Source of the DNA: Alphaproteobacteria bacterium
Lineage (GTDB): Bacteria > Pseudomonadota > Alphaproteobacteria > UBA828
Length of the DNA: 64,000 nucleotides
Assembly: GCA_022820945.1 (NCBI GenBank)
Contig: JAJEEP010000178.1
Coordinates: forward strand, 60,653-124,652
Direction of reading: 5' to 3'
Below the pieces are notes generated by a model that worked only from the letters and a program-made list of their open reading frames with translations, searched no databases and had not been told where the DNA came from. Shown in pieces: positions 37,507 through 45,062 of this stretch. The translations under genes and the position numbers were made by a program. Position 1 is the first letter of the stretch; the number at the start of each line of letters is the position of its first letter.

Positions 37507-39276
37507 ATGGCCCGAAAAGCGCTTCGCAGCCGAAGCTGGTTCAACGACCCGCACGATCCCGACATGACCGCGCTCTATATCGAGCGCTACATGAACTTCG
37601 GTCTGACTCGCGAAGAGCTGCAATCTGGCAAGCCCATCGTCGGCATCGCACAGACAGGGTCCGACCTCTCACCCTGCAACCGCATCCACCAGAGCCTGGC
37701 AGACCGAATGCGTGCCGGCATCCGGGAGGCGGGCGGCATCCCGCTCGAATTTCCGGTTCACCCGATCCAGGAAAGCGGCCGACGGCCGACGGCCGCCATC
37801 GATCGCAATCTCGCCTACCTGGGCCTCGTGGAGATCCTGCACGGCTATCCGATCGACGGCGTCATCCTGACGACGGGCTGCGACAAGACCACGCCGGCGA
37901 TGATCATGGCGGCCGCGACGGCGAACCTTCCAGCGATCTCGCTCAATGGCGGCCCGATGCTGAACGGCTGGTGGAAAGGCCGTAGAGCCGGTTCGGGCAC
38001 CATCTTCTGGGAAGCCCGCCGACTGCTTGCCGCCGGAGAAATTACCGACGAGGAGTTCATAGAGATGGTGGCTTCGTCGGCGCCGAGCCCTGGCCACTGC
38101 AACACCATGGGAACGGCGTCCACCATGAACTCGCTCGCCGAGGCGCTCGGCATGTCGCTGCCGGGCTCGGCCACTCCGCCGGCACCGAACAAGGAGCGCG
38201 CCCAGTACGCTTATGAGACCGGCCGGAGAATCGTCTCGATGATCCACGAGGATCTCACGCCCGCGAAAATCCTGACCCGCGCCGCCTTCGAGAACGCCAT
38301 TGCGGTCAACAGCGCGATCGGCGGCTCCACCAACGCACCCATTCATATCAACGCGATTGCACGTCACATCGGCGTCGACCTCACGCTTGAGGACTGGCAG
38401 GCGGTGGGCTACGACGTGCCGCTGCTGGTCAACTGCCAGCCGGCCGGCGACTACCTGGCCGAGGACTATCACCGCGCCGGCGGCGTGCACGCCGTCATGG
38501 GAGAACTCCTGCACGCGGGAAAGCTGAATGGCGATGCCTACACGGTGAACGGCAGCACGGTGACGGAGAACGTCACCGGCGCCGCACCGCTCGACGAGGA
38601 TGTCATCCGCCCGTTCGACAGGCCGCTGAAGGAACGGGCCGGATTCGTGGTCATGGGCGGCAACCTCTTCAGCGCCGCGATCATGAAGACGAGCGTGATC
38701 TCCGACAGCTTTCGCGCCCGCTTTCTCGAGTCTGCCGACGACCCCGACGCGTTCGAAGGGAGGGCCATCGTCTTCGACGGCCCGGAGGACTATCGAGCCC
38801 GCATCGACGACCCGACGCTCGGGATCGATGAGACCTGCATCCTGGTGATGCGCGGCACCGGGCCCGTCGGCTACCCCGGATCGGCGGAAGTCGTGAACAT
38901 GCAGCCGCCGGCGGAACTCATCCGGGCGGGTATCCAGGAGCTGCCGACCATCGGCGACGGTCGGCAGTCCGGCACCTCCGGCAGTCCCTCGATCCTGAAT
39001 GCCAGCCCCGAAAGCGCTGTCGGCGGCAACCTCGCAATCCTGGAGACCGGAGACCGCCTCCGAGTCGATCTCCGCCGCCGGCGGGTCGACATCCTGCTGC
39101 CCGAGGAAACCCTGGCAGCCCGCCGCGCCGCCCATACTCCCGCCGAACTCGAACACCACACACCGTGGGAGGAACTCTATCGCGCCCACGTCGGACAGCT
39201 GGCGGATGGTGGCTGTCTGGAATTTGCGACCCGCTATCGTTCCGTGACGGCGAAGCTGCCCCGACACTCCCACTAG
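37507..39276 (+). CDS. IlvD/Edd-family sugar-acid dehydratase (arabonate/xylonate-dehydratase-like)
   Basis: ATG at 37507 inside ORF 36532..39276. Contains SPCNRIH, TTGCDKTTPAMIMAA, PSPGHCNTMGTASTMN and GRQSGTSG. Confidence 0.85.
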   Translation: MARKALRSRSWFNDPHDPDMTALYIERYMNFGLTREELQSGKPIVGIAQTGSDLSPCNRIHQSLADRMRAGIREAGGIPLEFPVHPIQESGRRPTAAIDRNLAYLGLVEILHGYPIDGVILTTGCDKTTPAMIMAAATANLPAISLNGGPMLNGWWKGRRAGSGTIFWEARRLLAAGEITDEEFIEMVASSAPSPGHCNTMGTASTMNSLAEALGMSLPGSATPPAPNKERAQYAYETGRRIVSMIHEDLTPAKILTRAAFENAIAVNSAIGGSTNAPIHINAIARHIGVDLTLEDWQAVGYDVPLLVNCQPAGDYLAEDYHRAGGVHAVMGELLHAGKLNGDAYTVNGSTVTENVTGAAPLDEDVIRPFDRPLKERAGFVVMGGNLFSAAIMKTSVISDSFRARFLESADDPDAFEGRAIVFDGPEDYRARIDDPTLGIDETCILVMRGTGPVGYPGSAEVVNMQPPAELIRAGIQELPTIGDGRQSGTSGSPSILNASPESAVGGNLAILETGDRLRVDLRRRRVDILLPEETLAARRAAHTPAELEHHTPWEELYRAHVGQLADGGCLEFATRYRSVTAKLPRHSH

Positions 39277-39425
39277 AATTGGCCGATCCCGAAAAGGGGT
39301 AGGTCGGCCGGCCAAGCATCCGGCGACCGGTTCCGGCGCCGCGGTCCATCAGTGCCCCATCGTGGCGATGCTATACTTCCGACGTCGCAAAGATTCGATG
39401 CTGGGCTCGCGGCAAAGGATTAGGG

Positions 39426-41204
39426 ATGCAATCGCTCGATCTCGCCATCGTCGGGAACTGCTCCTACGCGGGCCTGCTCGATGCGCGGGCACGCTTGGTC
39501 TGGGCGTGCATGCCCCGCTTCGATGGCAACCCGGTATTCTGCGATCTGCTGCAGCCGACCGAGCCCGTCGGTTTCTTCGAGGTCGAGCTCGACGACCTCG
39601 CCACCAGCGAGCAGCGTTACATCCCGAACACGGCGATCGTCGAGACGACGCTGCGCAGCGGGTCCGGCGATGCGCTCAAGGTCCAGGACTTCGCGCCGCG
39701 CTTCAAGCGGCACGGCCGCCTCGCGCGCCCCTTGATGCTGGTGCGCCGGCTGATTCCGCTCTCCGGCAAACCGCATGTCCGCGTCAGGCTGCGGCCGGCC
39801 GGAAACTACGGTGCCGAGCGGCCGACCGTCACGCGCGGCAGCAACCACGTGCGTTACGTCCTGCCCGACCACGTCCTGCGGCTCACCACCACCGTACCGG
39901 TCTCTTTCGTGCTCGAGGAGACGGCGTTCCTGCTGAACCGCCCGCTGGACCTCATTCTCGGCCCCGACGACTCCATCGAGCGGGACATTGCCGAGCTTTC
40001 CCGGGAGTTCTTCGAGAGGACGGAGGACTATTGGCGGGAATGGGTCCGTTACCTCGCGCTGCCGTTCGAATGGCAGAGCTCCGTGATCCGAGCGGCCATC
40101 ACGCTCAAGCTGTGCGAGGTCGAAGAGACCGGCGCCATGGTGGCCGCCGTCACCACGTCCATACCCGAGGCGAACGGAACCCCCCGCACCTGGGATTACC
40201 GCTTCTGCTGGCTGCGCGATTCCTATTTCGTTGTACGCGCGTTCAATCGCCTGGGCATCACCCGCACCATGGAGGAGTATCTCAACTACATCCTGAACAT
40301 CGTTGCCGCGAGCCCCGACGGCACGCTCCAGCCGGTGTTCGGCATCAACATGGAGACCCAGCTTACGGAGCGCGAGATCGCGTCGCTCGAGGGCTATCGC
40401 GAGCATCGGCCGGTACGCGCCGGCAATCTCGCCTATGTCCAGACCCAGAACGACGTCTACGGCACCGTCATCCTCGCCTGCGCACAGGCGTTCTTCGACG
40501 AGAGAATCGATCTGCAGGGAGACGAGAGCCTGTTCCGCGTGCTGGAGCGGGTCGGCGAAGCGGCGTTCCGGCTCTACGACAAGGAGGATGCGGGGCTGTG
40601 GGAGCTTCGCGGCACCGAGCGCGTCCATACGTTCTCGGCCCTGATGTGCTGGGCGGCCTGCGACCGTCTCGCGCTCATCGCCCGCCGACTCGAGCTCGAG
40701 GAGCGCGCCGGACTGTGGGACGAGCGCGCCGAGACGATCAGGGAATGCATCGAGCGAGAGGCCTGGAACGAGGAAAAGAAGAGCTACGTGAGCGCCTTCG
40801 GCGGCACCGAAATCGACGCTGCATTGCTGCTCATGCACGAGATTTCGTACTGCAGCGCCTGGTATCCGCGCTTCAGCGGCACCGTGGAGGCGGTCGAGCG
40901 CGAGCTGCGCCGCGGAGATCACGTGTTCCGGTACGTCGAGACGGACGACTTCGGAGCTCCGGAGAACGCGTTCAACGTCTGCACGTTCTGGTACATCGAT
41001 GCCATTGCGGCACTCGGCAGACGGGACGAGGCGCGGCGGCTGTTCGAGAACATGCTCGCTTCGTGCAACCCGATGGGCCTCCTGTCGGAAGACCTCGATC
41101 CGAAGACGGGAGAGTTATGGGGAAACTTTCCGCAGACCTACAGCATGGTCGGGCTGATCAACTCGGCGATCAAGCTCTCCCGGCCATGGGAGGATGCGTT
41201 CTGA
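39426..41204 (+). CDS. glycoside hydrolase family 15 protein (glucoamylase/trehalase-like)
   Basis: 592-aa ORF. Contains WDYRFCWLRDSYFVVRAF and LWELRG. The C-terminal LSEDLDPKTGELWGNFPQTYSMVGLI is typical of bacterial GH15. Confidence 0.85.
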   Translation: MQSLDLAIVGNCSYAGLLDARARLVWACMPRFDGNPVFCDLLQPTEPVGFFEVELDDLATSEQRYIPNTAIVETTLRSGSGDALKVQDFAPRFKRHGRLARPLMLVRRLIPLSGKPHVRVRLRPAGNYGAERPTVTRGSNHVRYVLPDHVLRLTTTVPVSFVLEETAFLLNRPLDLILGPDDSIERDIAELSREFFERTEDYWREWVRYLALPFEWQSSVIRAAITLKLCEVEETGAMVAAVTTSIPEANGTPRTWDYRFCWLRDSYFVVRAFNRLGITRTMEEYLNYILNIVAASPDGTLQPVFGINMETQLTEREIASLEGYREHRPVRAGNLAYVQTQNDVYGTVILACAQAFFDERIDLQGDESLFRVLERVGEAAFRLYDKEDAGLWELRGTERVHTFSALMCWAACDRLALIARRLELEERAGLWDERAETIRECIEREAWNEEKKSYVSAFGGTEIDAALLLMHEISYCSAWYPRFSGTVEAVERELRRGDHVFRYVETDDFGAPENAFNVCTFWYIDAIAALGRRDEARRLFENMLASCNPMGLLSEDLDPKTGELWGNFPQTYSMVGLINSAIKLSRPWEDAF

Positions 41205-42672
41205 TGGTTTGATTCCGGCGCCTGTCCCCAACGGGTTTCCGTCGCCGGGACGAGCCGAACGGTTCCAATCGTGGGGTACCGCGACACCCGTGACCAATCG
41301 CATCGTCGTCGTTTCCAACCGGGTCGCTCCGGTCAACGAGGGCAGGACCGCTGCGGGCGGTCTGGCCGTGGCGGTGCTCGCGGCGCTCAGGCGCTCCGGA
41401 GGCATCTGGTTCGGCTGGAGCGGCGAGGTGGTCGCCGCCCCCGGCGAAGACGTGAGTGTAACCGAGAGCGGACGGCTTGCCCGCGCCACCGTGGATCTCA
41501 GCGAGCGCGATTACGAGGAGTATTACAACCGCTTCGCGAACTCCACGCTCTGGCCGCTCTTTCATTACCGCGTCGATCTGGTCAACTTCGACCGCGGCAA
41601 CTACGTCGGCTATCGGCGCGTCAACAGGAAGTTTGCCCGCAGGCTGGCCGGCCTGCTGCAGCCCGACGACCTGATCTGGGTCCACGATTACCACCTGATT
41701 CCGCTTGGCCAGGAATTGCGCCGACTCGGAGTACGCAACCGGTTGGGTCTCTTTCTGCACATCCCCCTGCCGCCCCGGGAGCTCCTCGCCACCCTTCCGG
41801 TGCACAGGGAGCTCATGCGCTGCTTCTCCTTCTTCGACCTCGTCGGCTTCCAGACGGAGACGGACCGCAGTCACCTTCTCGACTACCTGGTTCGCGAGGC
41901 GCGAGCCCGGGTGGAGGAGCGGGAGGGAGGCGCAGTCGTTCGTGCGTACCGCAGGACCTTCAGGCTCGAGTCACATCCGATCGGCATCGACACCCGCTAT
42001 GTCGAGCGCAACGCGGCGAAGGCCGAGAGCAGCCGGGAGTCCGAGCGCCTTCGAGTCAGCCTCGCCGGCCGCCGGCTGATCATCGGCGTCGACCGGCTCG
42101 ACTACTCGAAGGGTCTGCCGCAGCGCTTCGATGCCTTCGCTCATCTTCTGCGGGCCTATCCCCGCCACCTCAACCGTGTCTCCCTGATGCAGATCGCGCC
42201 CCCCAGCCGCGGCGCCATCGCCGAGTATTCCGAGATCCGGCGCACGCTCGAGACGCTCGCCGGGCACGTGAACGGCGAGCTGGCGGACGTCGATTGGGTG
42301 CCGATCCGCTACCTGAACAAGAGCTTCGGCCGGCGCACCCTGTTCGGCTTCCTGCGCCAGGCGCAGGTCGGCCTGGTCACGCCCTTGCGCGACGGCATGA
42401 ACCTCGTCGCCATGGAATATCTCGCGTCCCAGCCGCCGGACGATCCGGGAGTCCTCGTGCTCTCGCGCTTTGCCGGTGCGGCCGAGCACCTGCCGGACGC
42501 GCTGATCGTGAATCCCTACGACGTGGAGGGCGTCGCCAAGACCATCCAGGCGGCACTCGCGATGCCCGTGGAGGAGCGCAGGGAACGCTGGCAGAGGTCG
42601 ATGCAGGTTCTCCGGTCGAACAGCGTGGAGGCCTGGTTCGAGCGGTTCGTCAGCCGGCTCTCCGAGGCATAG
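41194..42672 (+). CDS. otsA: alpha,alpha-trehalose-phosphate synthase (UDP-forming)
   Basis: 492-aa ORF. Contains [40 protein letters not shown] and [16 protein letters not shown]. The start is uncertain; GTG at 41290 is an alternative. Confidence 0.9.
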   Translation: MRSDGLIPAPVPNGFPSPGRAERFQSWGTATPVTNRIVVVSNRVAPVNEGRTAAGGLAVAVLAALRRSGGIWFGWSGEVVAAPGEDVSVTESGRLARATVDLSERDYEEYYNRFANSTLWPLFHYRVDLVNFDRGNYVGYRRVNRKFARRLAGLLQPDDLIWVHDYHLIPLGQELRRLGVRNRLGLFLHIPLPPRELLATLPVHRELMRCFSFFDLVGFQTETDRSHLLDYLVREARARVEEREGGAVVRAYRRTFRLESHPIGIDTRYVERNAAKAESSRESERLRVSLAGRRLIIGVDRLDYSKGLPQRFDAFAHLLRAYPRHLNRVSLMQIAPPSRGAIAEYSEIRRTLETLAGHVNGELADVDWVPIRYLNKSFGRRTLFGFLRQAQVGLVTPLRDGMNLVAMEYLASQPPDDPGVLVLSRFAGAAEHLPDALIVNPYDVEGVAKTIQAALAMPVEERRERWQRSMQVLRSNSVEAWFERFVSRLSEA

Positions 42673-43459
42673 GCGGGGCGGCGCCGGCCACCCGTGTCAG
42701 CCAGTCCAGCAATTTCCCGACCGAATCGACCTGCACCGCCGCCCGCGTGGCCGCGCCTTCGCCGACACGGATGCTCACGCCGCCGCGCGCGTTGACGGCC
42801 TCGAATCCGTCTTCGTCGCTGACATCGTCGCCGCAGAACACCGGCGTCCGCCCGCGGAAAGGCGCTTCGCCCATGAACGCGTCTATGGCCGTGCCCTTGG
42901 TAATCCAGCACGGTCTGATCTCGAAGACGAACTTGCCTTCCACGACTTGCCAGCCCTGCGGCAGGTCCTCGAGGGCGGCGTTCACGACATCCCTGCACTC
43001 GTCTCGCAACGACGGGCCAAGGCGATAGTGCAGGCCAAGCGTGTATGTCTTGTCCTCGACGAGAACGCCCGGCCGCTCTGCTGCAAAATTCTCCAGCTGC
43101 GTCCGAACCGCGCGCAGATCGGTCCGCGGCAGGGGAGGACTCACGATCCCGCCGTCCGCCCTACGCCGTTCGAGCCCGTGCAATCCGGCAACGGCCGGGA
43201 CGGCGGTGCCCAGAAAGCCGTCGATCTGCTCGATGGGTCGGCCCGATACGATCGCTACGGCTCCATCCAACGCCTCGCGCAGAGCGACCAGGAGTGGAGG
43301 CAGGCCGTCCGGAACGACGACGGCCTCCGGGGTCGGCGCGATATCGACGATGCAGCCGTCAAAGTCGAGAAACAGCGCCCAGTCCAGGCACGGTTCAGGC
43401 AGAGTCATGGAACTCACAGTGCGATTAGGCGCCGAGCTTTGCCCCCTCCCCAAAGCCAC
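42650..43459 (-). CDS. otsB: trehalose-phosphatase
   Basis: 269-aa ORF (GTG start; ATG at 43408 is an alternative). HAD motif I is LFLDFDGCIVDI. Also has SGR and FCGDDVSDEDGF. Its 3' end overlaps the otsA 3' end by 23 nt (convergent). Confidence 0.85.
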   Translation of the reverse strand: MALGRGQSSAPNRTVSSMTLPEPCLDWALFLDFDGCIVDIAPTPEAVVVPDGLPPLLVALREALDGAVAIVSGRPIEQIDGFLGTAVPAVAGLHGLERRRADGGIVSPPLPRTDLRAVRTQLENFAAERPGVLVEDKTYTLGLHYRLGPSLRDECRDVVNAALEDLPQGWQVVEGKFVFEIRPCWITKGTAIDAFMGEAPFRGRTPVFCGDDVSDEDGFEAVNARGGVSIRVGEGAATRAAVQVDSVGKLLDWLTRVAGAAPPMPRRAG

Positions 43460-43710
43460 GCTATCTCAGTAGGTTACAGAGCCGATTGGTTCCACGCATC
43501 CCGCCATGCCAAGTCAGCGTGGTTCCTCGGAGCCAAGTGTTGCCGCAAGGCTTGACCGAATCGGCATAAGCGGCGCCTAATGGGTAGGATCGGAAGCTAT
43601 TGATCGGCACCTTCCGTTTCGGCAATGGTGTCGATGCAATCGGTTCTGTACACGCCTCATCCTCGTGTGAGGCCTCACTTCTAACCCTTGAGGACAGGGA
43701 GACCAAACGC

Positions 43711-43941
43711 ATGTCGTCAACGGAAGCCCGCCTACGGACAATCATCAGCGACAGCTTCGACCTGGATCACGAGCCGGATTTCGATCGCGCGTTCAGTGAC
43801 GCCGGAGTCTCCTCGGTGGAAGCGGTTGCGTTTTACAAGACGGTCAATCAGGAGTTCGGCCTCAACATGGTTGCGGAGGACTGCCTGCAGTTCAATACGT
43901 TACGGGAGCTCCAGACGTATATCGATGCGCGCGCCGGGTGA
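43711..43941 (+). CDS. free-standing acyl/peptidyl carrier protein (phosphopantetheine attachment site DAGVSS)
   Basis: ATG at 43711 inside ORF 43600..43941, preceded by GGGAGA. The 76-aa sequence MSSTEARLRTIISDSFDLDHEPDFDRAFSDAGVSSVEAVAFYKTVNQEFGL fits the four-helix carrier pattern, with Ser in the DxGxxS position. Confidence 0.7.
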   Translation: MSSTEARLRTIISDSFDLDHEPDFDRAFSDAGVSSVEAVAFYKTVNQEFGLNMVAEDCLQFNTLRELQTYIDARAG

Positions 43942-43999
43942 GCATCCCAGGCAGCTCGTGCGCACTAACCGGATAACCCCCGGTAAGACTTGAGCAACA

Positions 44000-44029
44000 C
44001 CGGCCGTCTCCCTCGTTGGAGGCGGCCGG
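44000..44029 (+). other. strong intercistronic hairpin between the carrier-protein and hydrolase genes (12-bp stem with one G-U pair, 6-nt loop, no U-tract)
   Basis: ccggccgtctcc-ctcgtt-ggaggcggccgg, paired by hand. Confidence 0.55.
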
Positions 44030-44115
44030 CAAGTCTGACGGTCGGGCCCGTTGCGGTCGCTGCAGCGTTGTGTCCCGTCCAGAGCGGGCGTCGGGAGGAA
44101 GCCGGACCCTTCGCC

Positions 44116-45015
44116 ATGACGACAGAAGCGGTTTGGGAAATACCCCGGCCCCTTTCAACGCTGGATGTCCGCCTCGACGCCGATACAGTCGTCGCGGTGC
44201 GGCGGCACGGCAATCCGTCCGGCCCCAGGATCGTGCTGAGCCACGGCAGCGGACTCGCTGCCGACCTCTATTATCCGTTCTGGTCCCTGCTCGCGAACGA
44301 CTTCGACCTGATGGTCTACGACCTCAGGAACCACGGTTGGAACAGCGTCGGCGCCCAGAAGGATCACAATGTTCCGACCATGATCCGCGACCACGACATC
44401 ATTCTCGAGTCCATCGACAGCACCTATGGAAGCAAGCCGACCGTCGGCATGTTTCACTCGCTGACCACGGTCGTGACGCTGCTCTCGTTCAGCAAGCTCT
44501 ATTCCGCGTTGGTTCTCTTCGATCCGCCCCTGACCAGGCCCGGCGCGAGCCATACGGAGCTTCACGACGCCGCCGAGCGCGGCGCGGCTCTGATTCGGCG
44601 GCGGGGACAACACTTCAGGAGACGGGAAGACTTTATCGAAATTCTGGGAATCTTTCCGACCTTCAAGCGCGCCGTTCCCGGCGTACACGAACTCATGGCC
44701 CGCACGACGCTCCGAGAATCTGCAAGCGAGGAAGGCTATGAGCTTCGCTGCCCCCGCGAGTACGAAGCGCAGATGATGGATTACGCCCGGAGCTTCTTCC
44801 CGCTGCTGGACCTCGACCTGCTCGACTGCCCGACGAAGATCATCGGCGCCGATCCCACCCTGCCGCACGCGTACTTGCCGACGCTCGACCAGCGAATTGT
44901 CTCGGCCATGGACTACGATTTCATTCCCGAAGCGACACACTTCCTGCAACTGGAAAAACCCGCGGAGTGCGCGGCCGTTACCCGCGAGTTCATGGAGCGG
45001 CACGGCCTCTCTTAG
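44116..45015 (+). CDS. alpha/beta-fold hydrolase with a non-canonical nucleophile elbow (F-H-S-L-T)
   Basis: ATG at 44116 inside ORF 43990..45015. The oxyanion region is IVLSHGSGLAADLYYPFW. The elbow is VGMFHSLTT in place of GxSxG. The C-terminal PEATHFLQLEKP supplies the usual catalytic His context. Confidence 0.7.
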   Translation: MTTEAVWEIPRPLSTLDVRLDADTVVAVRRHGNPSGPRIVLSHGSGLAADLYYPFWSLLANDFDLMVYDLRNHGWNSVGAQKDHNVPTMIRDHDIILESIDSTYGSKPTVGMFHSLTTVVTLLSFSKLYSALVLFDPPLTRPGASHTELHDAAERGAALIRRRGQHFRRREDFIEILGIFPTFKRAVPGVHELMARTTLRESASEEGYELRCPREYEAQMMDYARSFFPLLDLDLLDCPTKIIGADPTLPHAYLPTLDQRIVSAMDYDFIPEATHFLQLEKPAECAAVTREFMERHGLS

Positions 45016-45062
45016 CACACGCCCGACCGGCACCCGCCAACGCACAAGATTCGACGCTGGGG

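Noticed and set aside
36532-39276. 914-aa ORF spanning the second permease and the dehydratase
   Set aside because: The first ~325 codons are an out-of-frame reading of the permease gene (Arg/Pro/Gly-rich). The genuine dehydratase begins at ATG 37507. The same logic applies to 27743..29911 (true start 28778), 26265..27785 (true start 26631) and 61051..63261 (true tsaD start 62188).
43461-43710. promoter or riboswitch upstream of the free-standing carrier-protein gene
   Set aside because: Only weak candidates were found: TTGACC with no properly spaced -10 box, and a 6-bp hairpin gcctca-N8-tgaggc. This is not enough to call a feature.
45016-45062. possible att-like repeat of the tRNA-Thr 3' end (agattcga shared with 57,282-57,289)
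   Set aside because: Only 8 nt match, which is expected by chance. No longer direct repeat of the tRNA 3' end was found by eye anywhere between 43.4 and 57.3 kb, so the island borders remain undefined.
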